Assembly (NCBI RefSeq): GCF_036321535.1
Contig: NC_087436.1
Span: 21,950,001-22,014,000 of the forward strand
DNA from: Camelus dromedarius
Taxonomy: Eukaryota
DNA: 64,000 nt
Direction: 5' to 3'
In this document: positions 14,201 through 28,249 of the stretch, piece by piece
How positions within the stretch are numbered: position 1 is the first letter of the stretch
Layout: each line of letters opens with the position of its first letter
The notes under the pieces: model-generated
Databases searched by the model: none
Seen by the model: the letters and a program-made list of their open reading frames with translations, nothing else
What the model was told of the DNA's origin: nothing
Translations under genes and position numbers: made by a program

Positions 14201-14638
14201 AACTTCTCCTTTTTGAAAGATACCATTAGGAAAATGAAGTGGCAAGCCAGAGTTAGGAAGAAAATATTCCTGACCAAAAAGGATTCCAATAAAAATACAT
14301 TTGACAAAAGATCATATCCAGAATTTAAACACTCCTGTCACACAATAACAAAAAGATAAAAATGGGGGAAAGATTGGAATAGTCTCAAATGAACATGTAA
14401 CAAATGAGTGGTAGACATGGAAAATACTTTAAATTACTAGTCATCAGGAAAATGCACATTAAAGCCATGATTATTACTACCTGTGTACTGAAAATCTAAC
14501 ACCAGGATTATCTCTACACATGGACTGAATGTCTAAGGCTAGAAAGACTAATAATACCATACACTGAGAACAATGTGAAGCAAGTAGAATTCTCATACTT
14601 TGCAGGAGGGAGTATGAAATGTTTCAACCACTCTGGAA
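11260..14638 (+). mobile_element. Old L1 ORF2 relic (endonuclease to C-terminus), sense to INPP4B
   Basis: A-rich, with collinear L1 motifs: cataatgataaagggtc, ggccagtgtggcttcactga, tttatcccaggaatgcaag, aatagagtgtccagaaatag, caaccactctggaa. Confidence 0.9.
13376..13436 (-). mobile_element. 61-bp extremely truncated young L1 tail nested in old L1
   Basis: Matches the extreme 3' end of the 6606 element. Exact TSD AGAAAATTC at 13367-13375 and 13437-13445. Confidence 0.88.
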
Positions 14639-14641
14639 ATT

Positions 14642-15012
14642 CCACAATCTTAGTAGCTTATTGACATATAAGTGTATTTCTTGTTCACATAAATTTCAGT
14701 TTGGCCACTCCTGGTCGGTAGAAGTATAGTATGATGACAGAGGGATCCAGGATCCTTCCTCTTGTGGGTCTGCCCTACTTTTACCTTCCTCGTCAGCTGG
14801 TGGAGAGGGAGGGAGAATAGGGGAGGTCAGTGGAGGAGGATTCTACCGGCCAGGTCTGGATGAAGCGTACAGAACATCCGTCCACACTCCATCAGGCAGA
14901 TTGCAGTCCCAGGGCCACAACTAATTGCCCAGAAGGCTCGGAAGTGTAGTCTAGGCATGTGCTTAGGAGCAGAGGGAAAAGGGTTTGGTGAATGTCTATC
15001 CAGTGTCAGCCT
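14642..15012 (-). mobile_element. MaLR LTR (MLT1-type)
   Basis: caatcttagtagctta..tatttcttgttcacat and ggccacaactaattgc..ggaagtgtagtct are MLT1 motifs. Confidence 0.7.
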
Positions 15013-15139
15013 CCCTCACACTGCTGTTTAGCTGTGGATGGATATAGGAGGCAATTTGTCTAACTAGGAGAACACTAGTTTGGGGGTTTAATTGTTAGTT
15101 CTAGTAGTCAGTGCATGTCACCTTAGACAAGAAAATTAA

Positions 15140-15390
15140 AATATAGTGGGTTATGGGCATGGGTTTAGAATCAGACAGATTCAATCAAATGCCAGTTTCT
15201 TCACCTATCTGGCTGAACCCCTAATTAAACCGGTTCACGCACTGGATGTTATTAAGTAGGCAGCTATTGATACATTTACTAGCTCTTAAAGCTGGAGTTC
15301 CTACTTCTGTGAAATAGAAATCATAATACCTGTTCTTAATTATTCTAGGAATGTCCTGAAGATCAAATGAGATAATGTCTCTGAACTATG
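15140..15390 (+). mobile_element. MIR
   Basis: tagtgggtta..gaatcagacag..ctgtgaaatag..taatacct..gaagatcaaatgagataatg. Confidence 0.65.
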
Positions 15391-17225
15391 TTATGAAAAA
15401 GAAATTATTTTTCTTCTTAGCTGACAAAGGAGTATTGATCTACATGGTATTTACATAAACTCAGGTTTTGGAAAAGACCTTTTTTTTTTAAAAGAGTATT
15501 ATTATTTACTGGTTTCTGTAGCTGAGAAATACAGCAGACTCTCAGTCTGAAAATTAAATACCTAAGGTTTTTGTTTGGTTTTTTTTGGTTTCTTTAATGA
15601 GAAAATGTCCACTCCAATGAGATGTCCCTAAAAACACTTGAATGAAGATTGAGACCCCTCCTGCTTTCCGATTGCTTTGTTCTCTTCTCTCAGCCTTCTG
15701 GTCTAAGATTGAATTCTTCTCTATCAAAGTAACTTATATCTCTCTTAGTGTCGGGTCAAAAAAAAATGTATTTGTGCATGCCTTCTCTGAAAGCATTTAC
15801 ATTCCCTAGAAAGAAGACTAATTTCCTTAAATCCATACAGAACGAGGATGCTCTGATGAGTCGTCGAGTATCTCTGCGTTAGCCCCCAGGTGACAAGTTA
15901 GCATTCTGGTGACTGTAGTCCCCCCTTGACTGCACAGGTGTTTTAAACATAGACATCCTTATTAATCAAAAACTAAATATGAGACCCCTACTTTTTCTGA
16001 GGAATTCCTTAATGTGTAGATGTTTTCTTTCAGACAGTTAGATCTCAATTATTGTTTAAATTGCCTTTTTCAAAGTATTCTGGAATTTAATTGGTTCTGT
16101 ACTCAGGCCTTTCTAATTCAAATGTTTGATTGCCACTGAATACCTCAAGGTATGGCTATTAGAAGTTGTGGCTTTCAACCCTAAAAATAGATTATATCCA
16201 GGTTTTCCTTTAATATCTGTCAATGGCTAAGTTTTTTCAAAAATTTGACAAATTCTTGTCAGATATGTATTTCCAGAGTGTCTTTCTAAATTGGTGTTAT
16301 TAAAATACTGATGATTTTATTTCCTCAAAGCATATTTCTCTACTCTAATACTTTGAAATTTGTTGAACAAATCTATATTAAATTTGTACTTTATGTTGAT
16401 TTTTAAGATGCTCATTTTTATGTTGATGTTATTCCTCAGCGTCTGTTTTCAAAGTTTTCTACTTTAATCAGACTGTATAGGGCAGCTCTCATACTTCGTT
16501 CACCTGATGGCTTTAGGTGCTGTTTTCTGGGTCTTCTAAAGTTTTAAATATCCTTAAAATATAGTTATGAGCACTGTACATGGTGTTCTAGGACAGGAAA
16601 AATGTTCTAATATTTTTACAATAACGCTTTTGTGTTGTACAACATTCTCTAGTTCTTATAAACTGAGATCCATGTTCCCAAGCAATAAGATTTCCAGCCC
16701 CCATTCCAGCTCTTTCTAATTAATTTTGAGCCCTGGGTTCTATGGGTAGGTTATCTTTTCAGTATCACATTTTCCTTAAATATCTAAGTAGTAATAATCT
16801 TGGATCCTCATTCTGTACAATGGCAGGAAATCTAGGTTCCTCCTCAAGAATTTCTGAGAATCTGCAGTGAATGTTCTTGAATTCCACAAACCTATTCTGG
16901 TTGCTGTTCATCACTTTACACCATCTCACTGCCTCTGATAATTGCATTAATCCTGTCTTAGCTCCTTGCTTTCCAATGTGATAAAATAAACACACAGGTG
17001 CTACATTAGTTCCTAAAGCACAAGATTTCAAGTTTACAAATTTGACTAACACCTAGGGAACTATGATGCAAAAATGGAAACCTAAATCTGAATATCAGGT
17101 ATCACTGCTTCTTAAGTTCGTTAGTAGTATCCATTCACAGAGAGATCTCATTCACCTTTGCTCTTATTAACGCAAAGAATGCCATAAGGAGGAGGTACTT
17201 TGGGAAAATGATTAAAAAAAAAAAG

Positions 17226-17602
17226 AAAAAACAGAAAGAGAAATACCATATTATATCACTCATATGTGGAATCTAAAAAAAAAAAAAAAGACACTATGAA
17301 CTCATCTACAAAACAGAAAAAGACTTAGTAAACAATCTTATGGTTACTGGGGAAAAGGGGTGGGAGGGGATAAATTTGGGAGTTTGATATTTACAAATGT
17401 TGGCCACTATATATAAAAATAGATTTTAAAAATAGTTTCTTTTGTATAGCACAAGGAACAGTGCTCAATATCTTGTAATAACCTTTAATGAAAAAAATGT
17501 GAAGATGAATATATATGTATATGCAAGACTGGGACATTGTGCTGCACACCAGAAATTGACACATTGTAATTGGCTGTACTTCAATAAAAAAAAAAAAAAA
17601 AA
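17226..17602 (+). mobile_element. Lineage-specific L1 3' end with poly(A)
   Basis: atcactcatatgtggaatct..atggttactgggg..cttcaataaa followed by an A run. Confidence 0.88.
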
Positions 17603-17754
17603 GATAACTGAAGCTTTTTTGAAAAAAAAAAGAGTTCTCTTTTGGCAGGACCCTTATTTCTGGGGACTATGCATAAAAGAAGCCCAAAATTAAATTTGCA
17701 TCACAATCTCTGCTGCTACTGCAGATAATCTTTTATGTCATTAAATAAAATATG

Positions 17755-18000
17755 GCATTATTTATTTATGGAGTGTATCATCTATGTGCCGGTCATTATT
17801 CCAAGTGCTAGAAATAAAATGATGATTAAAAGATATTCACAGTCCCTTTCCTTATGAAGCTTACAATCTAGTGGGAATTGCAAGCTCTTCACTAATGAAT
17901 TGCACAAATTAAGATACGATGTGTCATAAAGGAGAAGTACTAGATGCTATGAAAGCAAATACTGTGGGGTTAGACCAACTCAAGAAGGTCAGAAAAGGCT
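17755..18000 (-). mobile_element. L2 3' fragment
   Basis: ctatgtgcc..agtgctag..tccc..atgaagcttacaatctagtggg. Confidence 0.6.
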
Positions 18001-18517
18001 TTGATCTCAGTGCAAAACACTTTCATATGATTTATTCCTTTGGTTCATGGCTGCCTTAATACAAACTGATACCTGCAGAGCTTCTATATGTGTCTAAAAG
18101 TATCATTCAAGTGATCTCAGAAAAAAGAAAGTCCACCACAGAGACACATTCTACCTCTTATTTTTGAAGCCATTCAATCATCAGAAATACTGACTGTTGA
18201 ATTTCTGAAGAGAGGGCCTGGCCAATAAATCACTTTTCTTTTCCCTCCATGTTTTGGAAGGAACTTATTAGTAGACATGGAAATCAGACATATGGAACTT
18301 TAAATTAAAAATCTTTAAATAACAGTTTTATTACTAATAATAGCTTGATTGGATAATAGGCCATACTTGATGCCACACTGAGCTTCTGATATTTCACTCT
18401 GGAAGTAAACTGAGACACCCAGGCAGATAGAGATGGATAAATGCAGTCCTTCCCTAAGGGCAGAGCCCACTATGATAGGTTTACCACAAGGTAGGGAACA
18501 GAAAGAATGCACAGTTT

Positions 18518-18974
18518 CCTACTCAGGAAAAAAGAATGAAATGATGCCATTTGCAGCAACATGGATGGACCTAGAGATGATCATACTAAGTGAAATAAGT
18601 CAGACAGAGAAAGACAAATATCATATGAGATCACTTATACTTGGAACAAAAAAAAAAAAAAAAAAGCACAAATGAGCTTATTTACAAAACAAAAACGGAC
18701 TCACAGACATAGAAAACAAACTTATGGTTACCAAAGGGAAAAGGAGGATGGATAAATTAGGAGTCTAGGATTTGCAATTTTAACCACTTTATATAAAATA
18801 GATGAACAACAAGGTCCTACTGTATAGCACAGGGAACTATATTCAATATCTTTGTAGTAACCTATAATGAAAAAGAATCTGAAACAGAATATATATGTAT
18901 GTATAACTGAATCACTATGCTGTACACCAGAAACTAACACAACATTGTAAATCAACTATACTTCAATTTAAAAA
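18518..18974 (+). mobile_element. L1 3' end (artiodactyl-type)
   Basis: Encodes KKNEMMPFAATWMDLEMIILSEISQTEKDKYHM (ORF2 C-terminus). TSD aaagaatRYacagttt at 18502-18517 and 18975-18990. Confidence 0.92.
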
Positions 18975-19289
18975 AAAGAATATACAGTTTTTTCTGATTC
19001 AAAACAAAGTGAGAAGTCCAAGCCGGTGAGGAGGGAGAAGGGCAGGAGTGTTACCCTAGTGTAACTGTATCAGAAATAGCATCCTAAGAAATGGAAGCTC
19101 TGCCCCATGGCAGCCAGGTTCTCTTTGTTTTCTTAACCTATCTGGTCTAACAATCAACCCCATGTCTCACCAGTGTTAAGCCTGGCTCTTATGGAGAACA
19201 CTGATTTCCAGGATGTCCTGCTCTTTACTCATAAAGTTGAGAATGACACTGATCATTTGCATATCTGGTGGGAAGTTTAGTTTTTACTT

Positions 19290-19510
19290 CTAAAGCTGCA
19301 TTGCCCAATATGGTAGCCACTAGCCACATGTGGCTATTTAAGTTCAAATTAACTAAAATCAGATTAAATAAAAATTCAGTTTCTTAGTAACACTGGGCAC
19401 ATTTCAAATGCTCAATAGCCAGGTGTAGCTAGTGGACGCACTCTAGGGCAGAAATGTTAGAGCATATTTGCATCAGTGAAATACCATCTGTTGGACATCA
19501 TCTCTCTAGA
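19290..19510. mobile_element. MER3-like hAT-Charlie relic
   Basis: ccaatatggtagccactagccacatgtggctattta...cacatttcaaatgctcaatagcca. Confidence 0.82.
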
Positions 19511-19604
19511 GTGCACTGGAATAGGATAGGATAGTGCCTTAGTGAAGTCCAGGACTTTGCTACACCCTAAGACAAAACTATTCTTCATTTTTTTGGACTA
19601 TCTT

Positions 19605-20122
19605 ATTTTATTTTTTGAAGTATAGTTGCTGTACAATATTATATGTTACAAGTGTACAATATAGCAATTCATATTTGTAAAGTCTATATCCCATTTATAG
19701 TTATTGTAAAATATTGGCTATATTCCCCGTGTTGTACAAGCTCCTTGTGCATGATCCTTGTAGCTCATCCTATACCCACGAGTTTGTACATCCCACTCCC
19801 CCACCCTTATAATACCATTCCCTGCTTCCCTCTCCCCACTGGTATCCACTAGTTTATTCTCTATCTGTGAGTCTCCTTCTTTTCTGTTGTATTCACTAGT
19901 TTGTTGCATTTTTTAGATTTCACATATAAGTGAAATCATACAGTAGTTGTCTTCCTCTGTCTGATTTATTTCACTTAGCATAACGCTCTCCAAGTCCATC
20001 CATGTTGCTGCAAAAGGCAAAATTTCTGTTTTTTTACAGTATTCCATTGCATATATACATACACATGTATTCCATATATATATATATATATACACACACC
20101 ACATCTTCTTTATCCGCTCATG
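19605..20122 (-). mobile_element. L1 3' end
   Basis: Minus-strand ORF reads ILPFAATWMDLESVMLSEINQTE. L1 3'UTR follows, with an internal (TA)n. Confidence 0.9.
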
Positions 20123-20621
20123 TTAATTTCTCATTCCAAACTACACCTAACTACATGTCTAATAGGTTTCATCAGAAGTTATGCAATTATAACATAACAA
20201 CTTAAAAATGCTCCAATGATAATACAATGTCAATAAATTATTTTTTTTAATTTTATATCTAAAGATAAAGCCCAAAGAAATTAAACTTCCAAATTTCTCT
20301 TCCCTTCACTTCTCATTCTGTTCTGTCTCAGCTAGAGGAGTCCACTCAGAAGTTTGAACAGAGTTGATTCCTTAGTGTTTGTGTTGGCTGTCTCTCTCCT
20401 TGGAATAGCCTAATGACGACCATATGTTCTGCCTGACAACTTTTTTTCCCTAATCTCCCTTTTCACACTTTTCAGGCCTTAGTAAGTTTCATCTCTTTAG
20501 GGGCAATAGAAATATTTCCTTCTGACTCATGCTTTTCTAAAGGAGAATGATCTGCCTCTAGTATTCATACATCCCACTTTAGAGAAGGGTCAGATAAGGA
20601 TTAAACAGTTTAATCTGCTTA

Positions 20622-21553
20622 TTTTTTATTGAAGCATAATTTGCTTACAAATTTATATTAGTTTCAGGTATACAACATAGTGATTCAATATTTTTACACA
20701 TTATGAAATGATCTCTACTATAAGTCTAGTTATTACCTGTCACCATAAAAAGTTATTATAATATTATTGACCACATTATTCTGTAAATTCTATTTATTTT
20801 ATAACTGGAAATTTGTACCTTTTATTCCCCTTCACCTGTTTCATCCATCTCTCCACCCCTTCTCCTGCCCAGCAATGACTAGTTTGTTCTCTATATTTAT
20901 CAGTCTGTTTCTGTTTTGTTATTATTTGTTGTTATTTGGGGGGGGGGTATTTCACATAACTGAACGCATAATTTGTCTTTTTCTGTCTTATTACACTAAA
21001 CATAAAACCTTCTGGGTCCATCCATATTGTTGCAAATGGCAAGATTTCATGCTTTTTATGGCTGAGTAATATTCTGTTCTATTTACACCATCAGACCATA
21101 TCTTCTTTATCCATTTGTCTATAAATGGACACAAGTTGCTTTCATATCTTTGTTATTGTAAATAATACTACAATAAACATTGCATATATCTTTTCAAATT
21201 AGTGTTTATTTCCTTTGGAAATATACCCAGAAGTGGAATTGCTGGTTCATCTATTTTTAATTTTTTTAGGAGTCTCCATACTATTTTCCATAGTATCTGT
21301 GCCAGTTTACATTCCTATCAGCAGTGCACTAGGGTTACTTTTTCTCCATGTCCTTACCCACACTTGTTATTATTTGTTGTCTTTTTGACCATAGCCATTC
21401 TGACAAGTGTGAGGTGATATCTCATTGTGGTTTTGATTTGCATTTCCCTAAAGATTAGGGATGTTGAGACTTTTTTCATGTGCTCGTTGGCCACCTGTGT
21501 CTTCATTGGAAAAAATGTCTATTCAGATTCTCTGCCCATTTTTTAATTGGAGT

Positions 21554-21585
<32 letters not shown>

Positions 21586-22400
21586 AGTGTTGAATTGTAT
21601 GAGCTCTTTATATATTTTGGGTATTAGCCCATTATCAGAAATATCATTTGCAAAGATCTTCTCCCATTCAGTAGGTTGTCTTTTCATTTTGTTGATAATT
21701 CTCTTTGCTGTGCAAGAAATATTCAGTTTGATGTAGTCCCATTTGTTTGTTTTTGGTTTTGTTCCCTTTTCTGATGAGACATAACCAAAAAATATTGCTA
21801 AGACTAATGTCAAAGAGCATACTTCCTATGTTTTCTTCTAGGCATTTTATAGTTTTAGGTCTTACATTTAAGTCTTTAATCCATTTTTAGTTTATTTTTG
21901 TATATGGTGTAAGAAAATGGTCTAATATCATTCTTTTACATGTAGCTGTCCAATTTTTCCAACATCATTTATTGAAAAGATTGTCTTTTCCCCATTGTGT
22001 ATTCTTGTCATAGATTGATTGACCATATAAGCATGGGTTTCTTTCTGGGTTATTCTGTTGCATTGGTCTGTGTTTCTGTTTTTGTGCCAGTTCCATACCA
22101 TTTTGATTACTATAGCTTTGTTGTGTAGTTTGAAATCAGGGCGTGTGATACCTCCAAGTTTGTTCTTCTTTCTCAGTTTGCTTTGGCTGTTCAGAGTCTT
22201 TTGTGGTTCCATACAAATTTGGGGATTATTTGTTCTAGTTTTGTGAAAAATACCATGGGTATTTTGATAAGGATTGCATTGAATTTTGGGTAGTATGGAT
22301 GTTTTAACAGTATTAATTCTTCCAGTCCATAAGCATTGTATATCTTTCCATTTATTTGTGTCATCTTCAGGTTCTTTTGTCAATTTCATAGTTTTCAGAT
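20622..22400 (-). mobile_element. L1 (L1MA-like) 3' ~1.8 kb
   Basis: Minus-strand ORFs WDYIKL..KMKRQPTEWEKIFAN and [36 protein letters not shown] are ORF2, frameshifted. Confidence 0.93.
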
Positions 22401-22796
22401 ATGCTTCTTACATTGACTCTTTTTGTTCTCTACTTCATGGGCTTGCTGCATCTGAGTATCTTCTTTCTTTTTAATTTTGGTCCAGGCATTTGTTTTTCTA
22501 TCATACCCCTCTGAATTTTTTTAATAGAGGGGCTCCTGTAGTGAGAAATATACAGCCACCCATTTCCACAAATACCAAAAGCATCTCATATTTATGTACA
22601 TTTTATTTATCTTCACCTCCCTGAGTGGCATAACATTATTTCAGAAGTATTTTGTCATCTAACTAGACAGCATCTAATATAGACACAGTTGAGCTCTAAC
22701 ATCATCTTCCTTATATTTTCTTTAGTAGACCTCCTCTAAATTGTTTCTTCTTTTGGAGTCATGGTTCATAAGTGTCTTGAACTTGTCCCTCTAGGG

Positions 22797-22975
22797 CAGT
22801 GATGTGCTGGTAAGCTGGCTCTCTAAATAACAAAACTAAACAAGAAGTCCTGATTTTTAGTATTTGCACATTTTCCAGGTTTAAATACTCCAACTGTGGC
22901 TGATTTCAAGTCCCTGACATGAAGTTACAAATGTAGATATGGGGGAGGTGTGGCTCACCTAGGCCAGAGCAACTG
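22797..22975. mobile_element. MER63-like hAT relic
   Basis: cagtgatgtgctggtaa terminus and taaatactcca..ggctgatttcaag. Confidence 0.7.
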
Positions 22976-23512
22976 CTTTAAGGAAACACAACACCAGCCT
23001 TCCGTCTACAAATATGTAGCCACATGGAAACCAACCCAATGACGTTCTGAGTTTTTGACACTGATCTTTGTGCTTTTGCTGCTCAAACATAGCTCTGGTT
23101 TCTGAAATCTCTTTCTAGAGTCATTGGGATTTTCAAGGTGTGATTTGCCTATTGCTCATATTATGATCTCGGCAAGAGCATGTATCTCAGTAGCTTTCTA
23201 GATCCCTTGTCCCTTAGGAGAAGTCATTCTGGTCTGTCCATAGTTCTTGACCCTGTTCTTTTGACCTTAATATTTTGGGTCTCAATCAGCCCTTTTAATA
23301 TGGAAACAGCTAAAGCAAGGAGGCTAATGAGATAGTATTTTTAGGCACAGGATTTGTATATAATACATACCCCCAAATGCTAACTGCTATGGTTAGATTT
23401 TTGTGTAGTTATTTTATTCCACACTTCTGATCTACCATTTTAGAGAGACAGTATGTGGTATCTCCTAGCATCCTATGTTTCAAAGAAAGTATCCTGTCAG
23501 ATTTAGTCTGTC

Positions 23513-23537
23513 TTTTTTTTTTTTTTTTTTTTTTTTT
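23513..23537. repeat. Poly(T)25
   Basis: Direct reading. Confidence 0.9.
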
Positions 23538-25343
23538 AAGACCCTAAGCCCTAAGTGTTATCTTTGATGGACTGTAATCAGGGGTGCACTGAGTCTCTAG
23601 CTGGCTCTTTTCTTTTGATATATTTAAAAAAAATGTTTTCATTTGCTTTGGCATTCCTTGAAAGGTAATCTTGAAAGCTGTTTTGGGGGGAAACATTTCA
23701 TTCCTAGATAATACTCGATCTGTAGGCTATTTTGCGGGTTTTCCTGTCATCCTCACTCTGCCTGTCTTTCTGTGTTTTTAAAGATGATCTTTAACAGGTG
23801 ACAGTTTATGGCATTTAAGGGGTGGTATTTACTGCTTGGAGCTGCTTGAAAGAGCAAAATTTCAAAGCAGTATTATCTCAAACTTGATAAAGATGGTTAA
23901 ACTTTAAACAAAAAAAGTGTACCTTTTCCCTTACAATAGTATCATTTTTTTCCCTTTATTAGCCATGCCCTATAGCTTTGAACCACAACATGCATTTTTC
24001 CTGGGCTTGTAGTAAGGGATTTGGTAAGCAGTCACTGGGATTCTTACAGGCTATTGACTTTCTCTATTTTAATTTAAAATGATTTCTCAACTAATACCCA
24101 CTTATTGCCACCATATGTCTTTTTTTCTAATATTTAACTATTTCTTCTGTTTCCTCACTCTCATGGGGGTGCTAAAGGTAATGTTATTGTGAAGATTATT
24201 ACTTTGGGGCTCACTCACAATCATCTTTTTTTCCCACTTCTTATCTACTAGACCACACAAAACAGAAAAAAAAATGCTTCTTTCTTGAAAAGTTTTAACT
24301 ACTTAGTCTAAGAAATAGATCCCAATCCTCTCTAAACTTTCCAGTGCTAAATCATATTTCTATCAGTTTATGTTGGGGTAGTTAAAACCAATGCCCTTGT
24401 TGGGTTTTGTCTGGAATGTGACTTAACAGTTTTACCTCAGGTTCAACAGAATCAGCCATCGATTTTTCCCAAAGCTGATGGAATCAAATTATCTGGGAGC
24501 TTTTTCAAAATACAGAGTACCCTAATTACACTGACTGAGACTCCAGAATCACCATCTTCTTGTATGCAACATGTTTAAAAAGCACTTGTTTAATGTATAC
24601 ATCTGTTTACTTTTTCAGTTGTTCACTCAGTAACAGTTTAATCTCTTAACCACATATGAGGAGATATGATAGTGCAAAGAGTCAAAAAAGTAGATTCATA
24701 TGATGACAAGCAAATAAATAACCCCATTAAAAAGCCACCATAACATAAATAATACAGGCATTCCAAGGGGGAGACCATTCTTCTGGCATAAATATGAGGA
24801 AGCTTTGTTGGGTTGGTGAAGTTCCACTGGGTAGCAACCTGATGAAAGGTGCCTCCAGACAGGAAATCTGCAGAGACCAGAAAACAAAAGTCATTGTGGA
24901 AATGGCTGAGACAAATTCCAAGCAGAGAACTTGTAAAGAAGTCTAAAAAGGGGCAGACCTTAAAATGTTCTGAATGTCAGCCTGAGGAATATTTTCATAT
25001 TATTATATCATGTAATAATCTATTATATGACTATGAAAATAACAATCCTAAAAATTCCCTTTTCTAATTTGACTTTTGCCCTGAAGAGATTTCTGACACA
25101 TCCTCATCCAGAACTACATTACTCCTGGAACCCTGTATGTCCTCTCTCAAGTGCTTGCAGCTTATAATAATCACATTCTTCTGATTATCCTCATTTCTGC
25201 AATTTTTGATGTGAATTTTACCAAAGTCCTTACATCCTTCATGTTACCTGCTTCATTATTTAGGCTCTGGCATTGGTACAGACAAAAGTATGCAAACTGC
25301 CTGGGACTAACTGGGACTCTCACAATCTTTAACACTACGGGAC

Positions 25344-25718
25344 TGTGATGGAGGCAGCCAGGTGTCCATCAGAGATCCTGGTTCCCTTCCAAGATGTAGA
25401 CTTTTGGCTGCACAGGCTCCTTGCCCCTAGGCATGTCATGGGACAGTCCAGACCTGGCTCATAAAGGGGTCTCCTGCGATCCTCATTCTCTCTCTTCCCC
25501 AGTCTCCCTGCTGGAAGTCCATATGCAGGATGATTAAGTCACTTGCTTGCATGATGGTGAGATCTCTCTCAACCTGAGTTCCTGAAGGACGTGGTAAAAC
25601 AGAACTCCTTCCCTGCCTCCGCCCAGCCGAAGATCGGATCAATGAGTCAGTACTTTTAACAACTGACTGAGATTTCATGGTTAGCTATTTCAAAACCTAG
25701 TTTTGGCATACCTTATAC
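25344..25718 (+). mobile_element. MaLR LTR (MLT1-type)
   Basis: TG...ACA ends, about 375 bp, actgagattt..gttagctatt..cctag..taca 3' motif. Confidence 0.55.
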
Positions 25719-26553
25719 AAAAACTCAGAATGTTTCTGAACAAATGAATCAAAGGAAAGAATTTTCAGTTAATCTAGGTGGAGGTTTTGTCCTCATTTAT
25801 GTCTACGTGATATCTATCTGTCTATCATAATTTTTTTTTTCAGTTGGTGGCAACTCGTGTCTGTGATCATGGGGCATTTAAATCTGTTAGTTTCCAAGAA
25901 TACAAAAAATGCATACCTGATGATAATCAGGTAATAACTAATGATGGTGTACTTTTGATTTGAATCCCACCTAATACTTCTGTCCATTGGTTAAAAGAAA
26001 ATCTTAAATACAAATGCAATGACATTGCTCAATAGTTTTAAGTTTACTTCATTAGCTAATGACTTAGGGATCTAATTCTTTGTTAGAAATCGAGTCACTA
26101 AATGTTAAGAATCTGAATTATCCCTCAAGGGATGGTGGGATCTGGATTTAATAGTTTACATAAGATTTCAGAACCAGAGCTTAGATTGCCAGATCTTGTA
26201 TTGCCAGATTACCAGTTTTGTAGAGGTTTCACTATTTCATTTTGACTAGGTATTTCAAGAAAAGCAGAGAAACAGAAAGATTTTCCTTTCCAGAACACTA
26301 ACATCTGAATTTTATATTGGGTTCCAAATTTATTTTAAAACTATAGCCCAGGGCAATTTTGTTTTCCTCTGATGGGAGTCAAAAAAATGATGAGTTTGTG
26401 CTCGAAAGAGAAAGAGTCAGAGAGAATGCCTCTGGTCTAGCCATTCACGTCTCTGCTTTGGAGCAATGGGTTACTCAGGGAAATGATAGACTGAAACAGG
26501 ATCAAAGTGTCAAGTGGGTGCAGTAGGGATAAAAGTCTTCTGATTTGGGTTGC

Positions 26554-26604
26554 TATGCAGTGATTCCAGGGTGTTGTTATGCAGTGATTCCGAGGTGTTG
26601 TTAT
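26554..26604. repeat. 24-bp tandem duplication
   Basis: TATGCAGTGATTCC(AG/GA)GGTGTTGT twice, plus TAT. Confidence 0.9.
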
Positions 26605-26689
26605 TGGGTATCTAAAATGGGAGCGTAAGGAATTCTCAGATGTTGGATGTGCTTTCAGGGGAAAAAAAGAGAACGTTTCAGGAATAAAT

Positions 26690-26915
26690 ATATTTTGACT
26701 CAATATTAAAGAAGAACTTTCTAATAGTCAAAGAGATATCAAGAGATAGGATGTCTGACTTTCTTCCTGAGATCATGAACTACTAAGCTCAGTATCACTG
26801 TGACAGCTTGGTCAGGGAGCAGAGAGAGGATTCAGATGACAGGTGGGTGATAGCACATGACATTTTCCCACAGGGATCTTTGCAGTCCCTTTCCAGCTTG
26901 AGATTCTGAGATCTG
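26690..26915 (+). mobile_element. CR1/L3-like 3' fragment
   Basis: aagaagaactttctaatagtca...tccctttccagcttgagattctg. Confidence 0.5.
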
Positions 26916-27185
26916 CATGTAAAGTTTGTCATTTAAGGCTAACTACTGGGGATGCATTCATTGGTCAGATTTTCTTCTATTTCTTCATATATCAGTTTCC
27001 CTTTAAGAAGAAATACATACCTTTTCAAAAAATTTGAGGATTCCAGAAAGTTGAACGAAAGTAAAACTTTCACTGTAGTTCTGTCATCTGTATCATCAGG
27101 TTTCATAGCTGCACAGAATAGACTCCAGCTAGTTTACAAATAAAGGAGTTCATCTGAAAACTTTAAGTGGAGCTGAGTTTTCTAT

Positions 27186-27486
27186 CAGGGACGACAGGCG
27201 CAGTGCCCACGACTTAACAATGCTTTTACGGACCCATGAAGATGTCTTAATTTCTTTTAAAACATGAAAGGAAAAAAATGATTTTTTAGGTTGGAAGAAT
27301 TTTTGTTATATGGTACTATGTTTTTATACCAACACAGTCATAAGCTATGATTATATATCCATATCTCTCTCTATATATAATACCCATATACATCTATGGA
27401 GGGATGTGTATGTGTGTGTATTACAGAGGAAAAGGCTGATGAAGGCAGAACTGCATGGGATCCATTAAAGTCTTAAAGAGCCTTGG
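27186..27486. mobile_element. MER96B-like hAT relic, nested in a probable MLT1 LTR (~27080-27930)
   Basis: caggg..cagtgccc..acccatgaagatgtcttaatttcttttaaaa, ending ccttg. Confidence 0.55.
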
Positions 27487-28249
27487 CTCAGGCTTGGAGG
27501 CTGCCTGCCCAGGAACTCTAAGCCCAGCCAAATACACATGAGCACCGCTCCAGGACTCAAACCCAGTTTCTGTCCCTGGCACAGGCTCCACCACCCTCAC
27601 CCTCACCTGATGGTAGATCCTTTTGCCCCCACGGCATCTGAAAGCTGGCAGAGATGTCAGCTCTCAGAATGGATTGCCAAATGGTTTCAGTGAAGCATGT
27701 GCTTCAGCACTGAAGCCTTGTACATGAGTGTCTTATCAGAAAAGCCTCGGTCACAGGCTTTCGCCCTAGCATTCTCCTCTAGCATCAGTCCCTTTGGGGA
27801 TAATTTAGACTCTTCGCACGTAAGGAACACTGAGAAGTGATTTCAGGCATCCATTCTGGTGATGTGTAAACATGTTAACCGGGAAACTTCCCAAACATAG
27901 GAAAGATGTTCCAAAGGTGGTGAACAGCCAAACCCACCACACAAAAATTACTGCCAGTACATCGATACATTAGCATCTGGACTTTCTGTATGAATATGTT
28001 TTATTTTTGTTTGATAGTTCAAACAAAAGCTGTATCTGTAATTACTGAATATGTGTTACGTGATAGATGCTATTAACACTATTTGGATTATTTAATTTGA
28101 TTTTTAATTAAAAATAACAGCCTTTTAAATAAGCAATATTGTTACTGCTGTTACATCTTAGAAGCTAAGTAACCTATTCATGGAGGTACAGTTAAGGATT
28201 AATGAAGATGAGATTTCGTGCTGAATCTTACCTGCTACACTACGCCTGT

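Noticed and set aside
21928..22389. 153-aa ORF, the longest in the track
   Set aside because: Frameshifted L1 ORF2 fragment, not a host gene.
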